Source of the DNA: Octopus sinensis
Taxonomy: Eukaryota
Reading direction: 5' to 3'
DNA length: 64,000 nucleotides
Assembly (NCBI RefSeq): GCF_006345805.1
Contig: NC_043017.1
Coordinates: 9,920,001 to 9,984,000, forward strand
The position numbers and the translations under genes are program-made. This document shows, piece after piece, positions 1 through 13,345 of this stretch (positions are counted from its first letter, which is position 1; each line of letters opens with the position of its first letter). Under the pieces are notes generated by a model that saw only the letters and a program-made list of their open reading frames with translations, did no database searches and was not told where the DNA came from.

Positions 1-1529
1 TTAGTAGCTTAAAGTAGGCTCGAATTAGAGATTATTCTTTGTGGCTAATGGCGCGAGTCCTGATTGGAAGAAGAAGAAGACAACAACAGCTAGCAGACAA
101 ACAAACAATAGAAACATACTACCTGGTACCTGATAATTATTCTCAGAAGCATTCGTATACTTTCAGACAAGACTTCAGGCACAACATCGATGAAAAATGG
201 ACATTCTTGCTTGTGGATTGACCAATCAGCTTTCTGGAAATGAAAGATACCAAACATGTTGAAATGTTTCATGTTAATTCATTGTAATTCATAAAATCAC
301 AATAACATTTTGAAATTTTGAGACAGGCCCAGTAATTTTCGTGGGTGGGTGCCACTCAATTACATCACCCTCCCCCATGCCCCGTGCTCACAAGAACTTG
401 TTTTATCAACCCTGAAAGAAGGAAAAGCTAAGTTGACCTTGGTGTCATTTGAACCCAGAATGTAAAGTTGGAAGAAATGCCACTAAGCATTATATTTGAT
501 GCTCTCATGATTCTGCTAACTTGCTACCTTGATAATGGACTTTCCTGTCAAAGATGATGTCTGAGTGTTCAGTTTTGCCAAACAATCTTCACAAATGACT
601 TGTTCATAGTGATCAAATGTATGTATTGTATATTAGCTCACCACTCTCTCCATCAAATCAACGTTACCTCAACAGGTGGATGGTGTCCCACACATCAGGT
701 GTTGAAGTGATCGCAGATGACTGAGGACTGGCTGCACCAGGCTTCAATCTGATCTGGCAGAGTTTCTACAGCTGGATGCCATTCCTAACACCAACCACTC
801 TGAGAGTGTAGTGGGTGCTTTTACGTGCCACCAGCATGAGGACCAGTCAGGCAGTACTGGCAACGGCCACGCTCAAATGGTGTTTTTTATGTGCCACCTG
901 CACAGGAGCCAGTCCAGCAGCACTAGGGCATCCAGCCATAGAAACTATGCAATAACAGACATTGGAGTTTGACACAGTCCACCAACACACTGGATCCTGT
1001 CAAGGCATCCAACCCACGCCAGCATGGAACACAGGTATTACACAATGATGATGATGATGAAATAAATTAATGAAAAAGAAAATAGATGAAAGCAAAGGAC
1101 AGTTTTAAGGGATTTACCTGACAGCTGGAATTGCAGTATCTCAGAAGTTTACATCTAGAACAGTGTTTCAGGCTGGAAGCACTGTGAAGAAGATGAGGTG
1201 AAAGAAAATATAATGTTATAGTGTAAAGAGGCAATGGTTATGAGAACAGTGGGGTGGGGTTAGATATTTAGGTTCCTAACGACACAAGTGGTAGCATGGA
1301 AGTTTGCTTTGTAACTGCAGTACCTTGCATACGTGTCTTCTACAATACTCACCTTCCTTCTCAAGTCATGCTGACTCATAGGGGCTGGTTTCCTCGTTTT
1401 CCTTGGCGTATATCTTCCCCACCTGGACAGGATGCTGGTCTGTCGCAGGATTCCTCCCGAAGACGTATTATCAACCAACAAAGATTATAAACTCTTAACG
1501 AACAGGTGTTTGTGTGTGTGTGTGTGTGT

Positions 1530-2372
1530 GGCCATAACTATAGAAGTGTTTTTTCCCCCTGACTTTGTTCTCTTATAACTTCCTCAAAAGTGCAAATTTT
1601 TTAAATGCAATTTCCTGAAAATACATTTTCGTGGGTGTACAGTACGGTGATCTTGATAAGACTTGTTTTAAAAATACATTCGTAATCTATACCATCTAAA
1701 ATGTATCTGGAAAATTTCATTAGAAAAAAATTGCCTTAAACAAAAGTCCGATCAGAGAGGGAAATGAAATCTTAAATTTTTATTTTTTCAGTTTTCTTTC
1801 TAATATAATCACAATCTACAATACCTAGAATAGGCGATCTTTCGTCTCTAGTAGACCTTTCCGTCGATTTCCGTAAAAAAAATTTTTTTTTTTACATATG
1901 GGCTTGCGGGAACTTTTGAAGTAATATACATACATATACACATACACCGAGTAAAAAATTTCAGTTATCTCTCTCTTTCACACATTACTCTCTCTGTCTC
2001 TTCACACACACTAACAGAAGCACTTCACTTACACAACATACTGTCTGTCTCCCACACCCCATCAAACACACACACGCACGCACACACATATGTCCATCAA
2101 TGCTCCCATGCACGGTAACTTCAAAAGAACTTCCTTCGTCATACAATCGCTTTCTCTTAGTCTCTTTCGCTCTCATTACTTCAAAAGTTCCCGCAAGCCC
2201 ATACGTAAAAAAAAAAATTTTTTAACGGAAATCGACGGAAAGGTCTACTAGAGACGAAAGATTACCCCTAGAATATATATCTGAAAATTTTCAGCAAAAG
2301 ATATATATTTTTAAGAAAGTTATAGGAAGCCAAAGTCGGTAGATGGGAGGAACAGACGTCTGTAGTTAAGCC
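1530..2372. mobile_element. Older TIR element hosting the Mutator-like MITE
   Basis: Imperfect TIRs ggccataactataga...ttataactt and aagttatagg...tgtagttaagcc; no clear TSD. Confidence 0.6.
1833..2266. mobile_element. Mutator-like MITE with ~92-bp TIRs and a 9-bp TSD (cctagaata)
   Basis: TIRs at 1833-1925 and 2175-2266; TSD at 1824-1832 and 2267-2275. Confidence 0.85.
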
Positions 2373-2822
2373 AATGTATGATGCGGATGACGAACTGTTA
2401 TTACCTTTTAAAACAAGAACTACAATGGTTCTTTAGTTCTTTGTCAGACACTACATGAACGTAGGGCGATTCACGATAGATCACTTCACCAGGGGCCACA
2501 GGTTTCATTCTCTTCTACTTAATAGAAACAACAAACTGTAAAATTTCTTTACCGCCAATTATAGCAGTAGAAACGGTGTAACGGTGTAGACATAGTTTAT
2601 GTGCCTTTCCGTTAAATATTCCAGATTCGACTGACTGATTGACAAAACGGATCTTTTTTTTTCTTCTTTTATTCTTTCACATGTCTCAGTCATTCGTCAT
2701 TCTTGGGCACCGCCATGGAGGTTTTGTAGTCGAACTAATCAACCTCACAACCACTTTAGTTGATCTAATCGACTACATTCTCCCACAAGATTACTGGCCT
2801 AGTGCCAAAATGTGAAACTATG

Positions 2823-2872
<50 letters not shown>

Positions 2873-3714
2873 GGCGGCGAGCTGGCAGAATCGTTAGCGC
2901 ACTGGGCAAAATACTTAGCGACATTTTGTCTGTCTTTACGTTCTGAGTTCAAATTTCATCGAGGTCGACTTTGCCTTTTATCCTTTCGGGGTTGATGAAA
3001 TAAGTAGCAGACCAGTACTTGGATTGATGAAATCAACTAATCCCCTTCCCCCAAATTTCTGGCCTTGTGCTTATAGTAGAAAGGATCATCATTATTATTA
3101 TTATTATTATAAGGTGGTGAGCTGGCAGAATTGTTAGCATACCAGGCGAAATGCTGAGCGGTATTTGCTATGTTCTGAGTTCAAATTCTGCTGAGGTCAG
3201 CTTTGCCTGCTCTCCTTTCAAGGTTGATAAATTATGTAGCAACGAAACACTTGGGGTCGATGTAATCAACTCATCCGCTCCCCCAAAATTTCAGGCCTTG
3301 TGCCTTTTGTGGAAGGGATTATCATTATTATTATTCAGAGGCAGTGACTGAAACCTTTGGCGATATGCTGTGCTTGAGAGGACCCCGTAGTTGTGTCTGA
3401 TGATGGTGTCATGTAAGTGGCACCCATGCCAGTGACATGTAAAGAACACCTTTTGAGTGTTGGGCCTCATGGAGGCAAAGTGTCTGAACACATTTCAAGC
3501 ATTGGGTCTCATGGAGGCAAAGTGGTTGAGCTGCCTTTCAAGTGTTGGGCCTCATGGAGGCAATGACCGAGACCTTTGGCATTATGTCATGCTTTATGTC
3601 ATGGTGGTAGTGGTGGTGGTGATGGTGGTGATGATGATGATGACGATGGCGATGAGGCCACCGACGCCGACACCGACGATGATGATGATGATGATGTTTG
3701 CTGATCATCGACCA

Positions 3715-3853
3715 ATCGCTGATAAGACAGGGTCAGCTAATGTATTTGATTGTGTTACTCAACTGCCATTCCCAACATTATATTCACAGTCATCCTCAAT
3801 GCCAGACAATGAATAACAATGACTGAATCAAAAATATGGAGAGTTTTGTTTAT
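3715..3853 (+). pseudogene. Degenerate duplicate of the AFMID promoter/5' leader/exon 1
   Basis: Aligns by eye to 10885-11030 (ccaatc.ctgata.gaca.ggg...actgccattc.caacattat..tcacagt...tggag.agttttg). It has a frameshift, no donor, and is cut by a piggyBac MITE. Confidence 0.75.
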
Positions 3854-3857
3854 TTAA

Positions 3858-4101
3858 CCCTTCAGTTTTCAAATTCCTCTGTAAATGTCATGCTTATTTA
3901 TTCACCTTGTTTTTAATTAATCATGCATTTAGATTAATCATTTGAATTAATCACGCATTATTTCGTAACTTCAAGATAACCTTGATGTGACAGTTTATTT
4001 TAAGAACGACATCGTTGGTTAGGTGTATCAGGCCTGGTCTGGTCAGTTGGAAGATATTTGAGCCAGATTTGGCCAATTCAAATGTTTCAAGTGCTAAAGG
4101 G
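3858..4101. mobile_element. piggyBac-type MITE, second family
   Basis: TTAA-CCCTT...gctaaaggg; related pieces at 60025-60125 and 60225-60412. Confidence 0.65.
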
Positions 4102-4166
4102 ACAGTTTCTTATATATTTTTTAATTTTATTTATATTTTTTATACATATATTTTTTTCATACACAC

Positions 4167-4328
4167 GGCGCAGAAGTGGCTGTGTGGTAAGTAGCTTGCT
4201 TACCAACCACATGGTTCCGGCTTCAGTCCCACTGCGTGGCACCTCGGGCAAGTGTCTTCTGCTATAGCCTTGGGGCGACCAATGCCTTGTGAGTGGGTTT
4301 GGTAGATGGAAACTGAAAGAAGCCCGTC

Positions 4329-4360
<32 letters not shown>

Positions 4361-4590
4361 GTATATGTTTGTGTGTCTGTGTTTGTTCCCCCCAACATCG
4401 CTTGACAACCGATGCTGGTGTGTTTACGTCCCCGTCCCTTAGCGGTTCGGCAAAAGAGACTGATAGAATAAGTACTGGGCTTACAAAGAATAAGTCTCGG
4501 GGTCGATTTGCTCGACTAAAGGCGGTGCTCCAGCATGGCCGCAGTCAAATGACTGAAACAAGTAAAAGAGTGAAAGAGAGTAAAGAGTAA
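4167..4590 (+). mobile_element. tRNA-derived SINE family A (~400 bp)
   Basis: ggcgcagGagtggctgtgtggtaag head with B box, internal (TA)/(TG) stretch, (aagagta) tail. Further copies: 6963-7366 -, 8421-8537 +, 12487-12877 -, 13930-14068 +, 29955-30121 -, 34800-35520 - (interrupted), 42150-42568 -, 45085-45293 +, 47283-47667 -, 61800-62206 +, 63858-64000 +. Confidence 0.92.
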
Positions 4591-4771
4591 ATATATTTCT
4601 TACATATTTATAGAGATATTGGTTTATATGTTTATTGCTTATATATTTTTTACACACAATTTTTCTGCATTCTACCTTCCACCCTGCATGTTTCCCTGTG
4701 TGCATATAAAAGTGTATATGGAATCTATTGCGCATGCGTGTGAATGTGTGCGTGTATGTGCGTATATAGAT

Positions 4772-5047
4772 GTTAGTTAGTTAGTTAGTTAGTTAATTTT
4801 TTGGCTCAAAAAGCAAAAAGCAAGGCCATGTAGAGGGACATGGAGTTATGTACAGGGTGGTGTTCATGTAAAGAGTTCAGGCCACTTGTGGTCAAGGAAG
4901 ACTTTGAACCGAGTGGTCGTCGGCATCTTCACCATCTCGTCCGACAGCTTATTCCACGGATCCGCAACCCGGACGGAGAAAGCCCCTCTCCTTCGATTGA
5001 GATGAAGTCGTCACAGATACAGCTTTTCGGAATGACCCCGCAGCCAA
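4772..5047 (-). mobile_element. 3' fragment of the same CR1 family
   Basis: Reverse complement of 9700-9965, including the (TAAC)n tail. Confidence 0.9.
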
Positions 5048-5872
5048 TGTGTGCATGCATGTGAGTACATGCATATATAGATGTATTTTTACTCAGTGTT
5101 TTTTACATATTTTCTTGTATTTTTGCCCTTAACCCTGTTTTTTCTTGTGTATGTGCACATATAGACGCATGTATGATCCTTTTTGTGCGTGCATGGGTGT
5201 GTGTATATATAGACATGTGCGGGTATGTGTGTATATAAGCGTGTGTGTGTGTGCATGCATAAGGCTATGTGCGTATATAGACATGGTTTACTCTTTGTAT
5301 ACTCCCTTGTGCCTTTTTTCTGTATTGTTACCCTTAACCCTGTTTTTTTCTTGTGCTTGTGCATGTATGGATGTGTGTATAAACCTTTATGGTGTGTGTG
5401 TGTGTGTGCAGGTTTGTATGTATGTATATATATATACTTTTGGCGAAAGATGTGAGTGAGGATGTGTACGTTTTTAAGTGAGGGTGGAGGAATATATACT
5501 TTAGGCGCACGCACATGGGTGTGCGGGCGCACATGTGTAGGTATGAACAGGCACGCTTACGCGAATACTATGAACATTTTTACCCCCTTACTTAGCAGTC
5601 ATTCGAATAGCTCTTTTGTCCTAATAACGGTCAATCACACAGTAATTTCCCTTTGTATAGCGGTCATTTTTCATAGCATTTTTCCGATGGCCAGATAACT
5701 GAAGAGATGGCAGCATGGATTTCCACCTCGGCATCCAAAACTTTTATCATGGCTGCCGAATAATTGTCTCATATTACATTTACATTATGCCGTTGCTGTA
5801 TTCTATGTGATATTTTCCATCTACTATGTATTGTGAATGGCGGAATGCACATATTCTTTTACTGGTATTATT

Positions 5873-5903
<31 letters not shown>

Positions 5904-6183
5904 TAATAATAATAATATATTAATAGCCTTTTGTAACTTAATACAATGAACTCTGGACTTTGTATATATGTACACTTTCATGTGGATGTGTGTATGTATG
6001 TATATTCTAATATATTTATTTGACTAACTGTAACCTTATATGTATGTATATTTTTATGTATATACTTATATATATGTAGGTGCATGTGTATATGCACATA
6101 TATGTATGTGTATATAATGTATATGTACTTATTCTTGTATATGTGTACCTTCTCTAATATTCATATTTGAATTGTACTTTATA

Positions 6184-6310
6184 ATCTCTGAAGAGGCCTT
6201 GGGATATATATGTAAGTATCTCATTTATAACCATATATTACCTTAACACACCTGGCTAATATGAGCATAATGAGATACTCTTATCTACATGGCTGAAACA
6301 GTTGTAAGAT
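6184..6310 (+). ncRNA. Type I hammerhead ribozyme motif
   Basis: atct-CTGAAGA-GGCC...GGCT-GAAAC-AGTT-GT-A-agat. Helix II extension includes a perfect 10-bp agtatctcat/atgagatact (6215-6224/6270-6279). Confidence 0.75.
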
Positions 6311-6555
6311 CTAGTTTATATTTATATTCATTTATATTTATTTATACGTATTGTACTTATGGTATCATATTACTCATTGATGTGTACTGTTTTGTCCTGT
6401 ATTATTGTGTTTGATCTTGATGTTCCTATGTAGTTGGTTAATAAATTATGTGAATGGGTATTATCTGGTTGTTGATGATTGATTAAAGTGTATTCCTACA
6501 TTTTCTTATTTTGTATATATATATATATATATATATACATATATATATTCATATA

Positions 6556-6617
<62 letters not shown>

Positions 6618-6962
6618 CATACATGTATACATATACACACATACACACATGCACACATTTATGTATGTGTGTATATGAACACACATGCATATACAGGTGT
6701 GGACAAGTACCTGGATAAGTGTCTTCAACTATATTTAAGAGCTGACTAAGGCTTTTTGATAAGATTTGGTAGACATAAAATGAATGAACCCCACTGCATA
6801 TATGATAGTTGTTCAAGTGCTTCGGGGGTGTTTTTTTGTGTGTAAGTATATTTTCTCAACTGCTGATATCTATCAACAAGTTCTTCCATCGTTTTGAAGT
6901 ATCATTTTCTATCATTGATAAAACAATCAGCATTTTTGATGACGAAGATAAGCTAGTATTTC

Positions 6963-7366
6963 TTTTTTTCCTCTTGTTTCAGTCATTTTGACTGTGGCCA
7001 TGCTGGAGCACCACCTTTAATCGAGCAACTCGACCCCGGGACTTATTCTTTGTAAGCCCAGTACTTATTCTACCGGTCTCATTTGCCGAACCGCTAAGTA
7101 ACGGGGACATAAACACACCAGCATCGGTTGTCAAGCAATGCTAGGGGGACAAACACAGACACACAAACATTAACGCACATACATATATATATATACATAT
7201 ATACGATGGGCTTCTTTCAGTTTCTGTCTACCAAATCCACTCACAAGGTATTGGTTGGCCTGGGGCTATAGCAGAAGACACTTGCCCAAGATGCCACGCA
7301 GTGGGACTGAACCCGGAACCATGTGGCTGGTTAGCAAGCTACTTACCACACAGCCACTCCTGCGCC
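6963..7366 (-). mobile_element. SINE family A
   Basis: Full-length reverse copy. Confidence 0.9.
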
Positions 7367-7732
7367 TATATATGTAATTAATTTATAAATGTTAAGTGGA
7401 CAATTATATTTTGAAAAGAAATGAGTTTAATATTCAATTGTATGTGTGTGTGTGTGTGTGTGTGAGAAACTGATAAAGTAAATATAATTTACAATAAAAA
7501 TGTGCTTTTTCATTTTTATTAGACTATCAGCTACTTCAGGGTAAAGTCTCTCAAAACTGCTTTTCACCTGCATTTATCATCTTTATCACCCACAACTCAC
7601 TCCCATTCCATTTGTTGCCTAAGTGACTGATGCAAAATACATTGTGTTTAATTATATGTAAGATATACATACATGCACACATGCATACATATGTACATAT
7701 ATACATATACAGCCATGGGTAGTCAACTTGGA

Positions 7733-8097
7733 TGAGTGCTATTTTCAAACTCCACCCATCTAACACCCATGGACATATTTACAAAGTAAGAAAACAGCAC
7801 AGCTCCCATGACTTCAGGAAACATTTTTTCATGCTGAGAGTTGCTGAAGCCTGGAACAAACTGCCGGCATCAGTTGTTAGTTGTTGGAGCACTGCATCCT
7901 TCAATACTTCCATGCTTCCTGAGATTCGCCAACACTACACTTGATTTTCTCCCCTCCATACACACACAAGCATGTATCTGACTCATACACTGTTCACTTT
8001 CCAGACATTTGTACATTACTGCATGTACTTTATATGCACTTTCTGATAAGTTGTGGTGCACCTGAGCACTGTATACAATAATTTCATTATTATATTT
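7733..8097 (+). mobile_element. 3' fragment of a second CR1 family
   Basis: [34 protein letters not shown]; related copies on the - strand at 11668-12128 and 19025-19452. Confidence 0.88.
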
Positions 8098-8172
8098 CAA
8101 TACCCCAGGGATGACCCAAATCCTTGTGAAAAGAATTAATTCACAGAAACTGAAAGAACCAACTATATATAC

Positions 8173-8272
<100 letters not shown>

Positions 8273-8538
8273 CGTAAAGTATACTAGCCATCTCAATATG
8301 GCTAACCACTAAGGGTGGGTGTTACTGTAGCTTTTAGCCCCAGGAGATCATCGACTCCAGCTGGCTTTAGGCACACTTTCTGTGCTCTTATGGTATTTGC
8401 AAAGGGAGGTCTACCATAAGAGCCAATAGAATAAGTACTGGGCTTACAAAAGAATAAGTCCTGGGGTCGAGTTGCTCGATTAAAGGTGGTGCTCCAGCAT
8501 GGCCGCAGTCAAATGACTGAAACAAGTAAAAGAGAGAA

Positions 8539-8572
<34 letters not shown>

Positions 8573-8840
8573 CAATGATAAATCTCTCGCTTAAGTTCTT
8601 CATGCTGGATATGTGCTCTCTCAAAAGTGTCGATCCCCTCCTTAACCTACTTCCTCCATCATACATACATACATACATACATACACATGATATCTAGGAC
8701 TATAAATCTGCAAAACTGTCTTAAGATTTAAAGGATGATGGTTAAATCATGATACTTTCCTTCACAACCTCTTTACCAAATCGGTGGGGATCCGTTAAAA
8801 TTTATCATAAATTAAAAAGGGAAAGAAAAGACATACATAC

Positions 8841-9969
8841 ATACAACCACCGTCTATTACTTGTCAAACTCCAAGCATATAGTTTCCATCCAGATATTGT
8901 ACGATGGGTTGGTGCCTTCCTCTCAGATCGCTCCTTCCAAGTCCAAGTTAATGGTTCGTGGTCCGACGTCTCCAGTGCGAGCAGTGGCGTGCCTCAAGGT
9001 TCAGTGCTTAGGCCCTTATTGTTCTTAGTCTTCATAAATGACTTGCCCGATGACCTCACGCAACACACCCTTCTATTTGCCGACTATGTCAAACTGGTCG
9101 CTCCTTGCGGTGATATAGAGGATCTTCGTCGATGCCTCCACCAAATTTGGAGATGGTCTAACGAATGGGACCTGTGTCTGAACGCGTCAAAGTGCTGTCA
9201 TCTGCCTGTTGGCTCTCCTTCTGCAACTCAACTTTATTTCGAGCCGGGTCGTCTGCTGCTGGAGAGGACCGATCAGGTAAAGGACCTGGGTATCTTGGTG
9301 GATTCCTCCTTTTCGCCTTCAGCCCAGTGCGTCCATGCTGCCAACAAAGCACACGGAATTCTGTTCTTGATTCAAAGGTCATTCGGAATGCTCACAGCAG
9401 CCATATTCCTACCGCTCTATGTTATGCTGGTGAGACCCATATTGGAGTATGGGATTCAAGCCTCTTCTCCTTATCTCCTCAAAGACATACAGCATCTCGA
9501 AAGAGTCCAGAAGCTGGCTACCCGCATGGTTCTTGGTCTCAAGAATTTGTCTTATAAAGAAAGGCTGAAGACACTCAACCCCTATTCTCTAGAAAAATGA
9601 CGATGCCGTGGAGATCTCATTGTTGCTCACAACATCATAAGCGGAAAGTGTAACCTCTCGAAAGAGCTGTTCTTCACTCCTGCTCCAGAGCATCGGCTGC
9701 GGGGTCATTCCAAAAAACTCTATCTGCGACGATTTCACCTCAATCGAAGGAGAGGGGCTTTCTCCGTCCGGGTTGCGGATCCGTGGAATAAGCTGCCAGA
9801 TGAGATGGTGAAGATGCTGATGACCGCTCGGTTCAAAGTCTCCCTTGACCTCAAGTGGCCTGAACTCTTTACATGAATCCCACTCTGTACATAACTCCAT
9901 GTCCCCCTACATGGCCTTGCTTTATGCTTTTTGAGCCAAAAAAATTAACTAACTAACTAACTAGCTAAC
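8841..9969 (+). mobile_element. 5'-truncated CR1-clade LINE (RT C-terminal half, 3' UTR, (TAAC)n tail)
   Basis: SGVPQGSVL, FINDL, LFADY (YADD motif broken), KDLG, LEYG, LERVQ motifs; CGA>TGA stop at 9598. Confidence 0.92.
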
Positions 9970-10995
9970 ATACATACCCAGTGGATGTTAGCATAAAGAG
10001 AATACCTATGCTGAACTATTGAGAAATCTGCAGTTACTCTCTCCAGATTGCAAGTTCAGGTTTATACCTGTAATTATTGGGGCCCTGGTATATGTATGTA
10101 TGTATGTATGTGTGTGTGTATAAATGTATGCAGTTACATGTCCATGTAGCGACACAAACATACACACGTGCACACACATAGACAATAAAACAGTTGTTAT
10201 GGCGACCAAACCATCTGGTTATCTAAAAGGTTGCAACTTTATGGCAAGCAAACAATAAAACAGCAATAAAATGAAGAATAAATTTAAAAGCAAAAACGAG
10301 AAACATAACAAGCAAAAAACAACAGAAGACCTCACAATAGATAACTAAAAAAATGTTAATAACATATTATGGAGAATGCGTTAGGAATAAGTGGAGGGTA
10401 CTTAAGACTGAAACATGTGATGATGTGATCTTTTATTCATATGCTTCTTCTTGTTGTTAATCCTTTTATTAGAGAACTAAAACTTTAATGCGTGAGGGAA
10501 TGATGTGTAGGTGTGTGTGTGTGTGTGTGTGTGTGTGCATGTGTGTGTGCATGTGTGTGTGTGTGTGTGTGTGTGTGTGACATAAACAGTTAATGTGTGT
10601 ATAGTATGTTGATATGTGATAAGCATATAAACCAGTAAGTATGAGAGTGAGAGAGAAAGGAAGGGGGGAGAGAGAGAAAGGAGAGAGAAAAGGGAGAGAG
10701 AAAGAGAGACAGGACATATATACTATGTGTATGTATGTATGTATGTATGTATGTATGTATGTTATGTGAATGATGGAATATTAGTGTGTATAAATAAGTC
10801 TATTCACATATGACACAAAACATAATTAGTGTCTATATGTATACCTGATAGCACTTTGGTATGTAGGTGGCGGCTGCTGTCCATCAGCCAATCTCTGATA
10901 TGACAAGGGCCGTTAAGGTATTTGGTGTTTTATTCGACTGCCATTCACAACATTATCCTCACAGTTGTTCTCACTGACAGTCAACGAATACAACG

Positions 10996-11031
10996 ATGGA
11001 ATCAGAAAAATGGAGGAGTTTTGATTTAAAA
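10996..11031 (+). CDS. AFMID: AFMID exon 1 ([12 protein letters not shown])
   Basis: ATG at 10996, gtaag donor at 11032, phase 0 into [12 protein letters not shown] box about 110 bp upstream. Confidence 0.75.
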
Positions 11032-12373
11032 GTAAGAGAAACCAGTTTGTAAAATAGCCTGAGTTTTTTTTTCTTTTTTGCCCCATTACAAACATACACT
11101 GATTTGTTTTTGTTTTAAAAAAGATATGATGGTACTTTTTAAAGTTTTAAAGTTTTAAAAAAATTACATTGATTTCTCACAATCAAAAATTATGATGATG
11201 ATGATGATGATGATGACAATGATGACAATACTGTATGCATGTATAGTAATCTAAATAGTTGTATTAATTTAGTTAAAGGTAATGTCCATGACAGGAACAG
11301 AACTATTTTAGGTCAAAAATGATGTACGGAAACACGGATCCAGATGTAAACCCTCTCCCTCTCTCTTTTTCTCTCTCTCCCTCTCTTTCATTAATTTCAA
11401 TAATCTCTTTTCTTGGCTTCAGGAACTTGAAAGACAATATTCTTGCAGCCAATGGAGCCACCGAATGCCAGCATCAGAGGTGTTGCCCTCACATATAGAA
11501 TTCATTAAAGAAAGTAAGATCCACAGAATATTGTTGTTGTCATTCTTGTTGGTGGTATCAGTGGGGATGTCATTGTTGTTGTTGCTGCAACCATTGTTGT
11601 TATTGTTGTTGTCCATGTCACCATTTTTGTTGGTATGATGTTTAGGCTGCATACCACCCTATAATAATAATAAATAATAATAATAATTGTGTACAGTGCT
11701 CAGGTGCACTACAACTCATCTAAAGTGTATATATAATCAGGTGTAGTTTCGGCAGATTTCGGAAAGCATGAGGGCCTTAAAGGATGCAGTGTCATGGCAG
11801 TCAACAACTGACGCAGGCAGTTTATTCCATGCTTCAGCAACTCTGAGCGTGAAAAAATGTTTCCGAAAGTCATGGGAGCTGTGTTGTTTTCTGACTTTGT
11901 AGGCATGTCCACGTGTGTTAGACACATGGAGATCAAAAAGGTGTTCAGTGTTGTTGTTGGTGAGGTGGTTGATAACTTTGTGGGTGTTTACCAAGTCTGT
12001 CGCCAGACGCCGGAGCTTCAGTGAATCCATGCCGAGGGAAACAAGGCGCTCAGAATATGGTAGGTGTCTGATGGAGGGTATGCGTTTGGTTGCATTTTAT
12101 TCTAGGAGCTATCTTAGAACTAGCTCCTAATGATGTTCGAAAAGCATTTATTTATTGAGATAATTATCCAGGTGCTTCCCAGGGTCATATTACAGTCTTG
12201 CCTATAGTAAATGGAAGTTATAGGTAAATTCATGCTCGGTAAGAACGGCTTCATGAGAGAGACAGGAAACTACCTTGTCCTTTATAGACTGTGATTCCTT
12301 TAACCAAGGGCCAAGTAGCAAACCAAGGAACCCATCTTCTTAAGGACATGCTCTCTGTGTCTGCCTCTGCGTG

Positions 12374-12459
<86 letters not shown>

Positions 12460-13112
12460 CTCTCTCCCTCCCTTCTCTCTCATGTCTTTACTCTTTTACT
12501 CTTTTACTTGTTTCAGTCATTTGACTGCGGCCATGCTGGAGCACTGCCTTTAATCGAGCAACTCGACCCCAGGACTTATTTTTTTGTAAGCCCAGTACTT
12601 ATTCTATCGGTCTCTTTTGCCGAACCACTAAGTAACGGGGACATAAACACACCAGCATCGGTTGTCAAGCAATGCTAGGGGGACACACGAACAGACACAC
12701 ACACACATATATATACATATATACGACGGGCTTCTTTCAGTTTCCGTCTACCAAATCCACTCACAAGGCTTTGGTTGGCCCGAAGCTATAGTAGAAGACG
12801 CTTGCCCAAGGTGTCACGCAGTGGGGCTGAACCCAGAACCATGTGGCTGGTAAGCAAGCTACTTACCACACAGCCACAATTTATAATTACCATGGCAACA
12901 TAGAAACTTCTGATAACACTATGAGATGAGCAAATCATCTGATCTGATGTAACACCAACCTAGTTACGAAACCAACACGGTTTCGAATCTAGGCGTTGCT
13001 ATATTATCATTGTCAGTGATGATGATGACGAAGAGGAGGAGGAGGAGAAGGAGAAGAATGATGATGACGATGACAACAATGACAGCGACAATAACAACAA
13101 TGGCAATGGTAT

Positions 13113-13185
<73 letters not shown>

Positions 13186-13223
13186 GGTGGTGGTGGTGGT
13201 GATGGTGATGGTGATGATGATGG

Positions 13224-13254
<31 letters not shown>

Positions 13255-13298
13255 GGTGATGATGATGGTGAAGATGATGATGATGGTGATGATGATGG

Positions 13299-13345
<47 letters not shown>

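Noticed and set aside
39-270. Short ORFs and possible 5' UTR exons with CCAAT boxes at the window start
   Set aside because: Could be a promoter or a gene end, but there is no recognisable product and the context is cut by the window edge.
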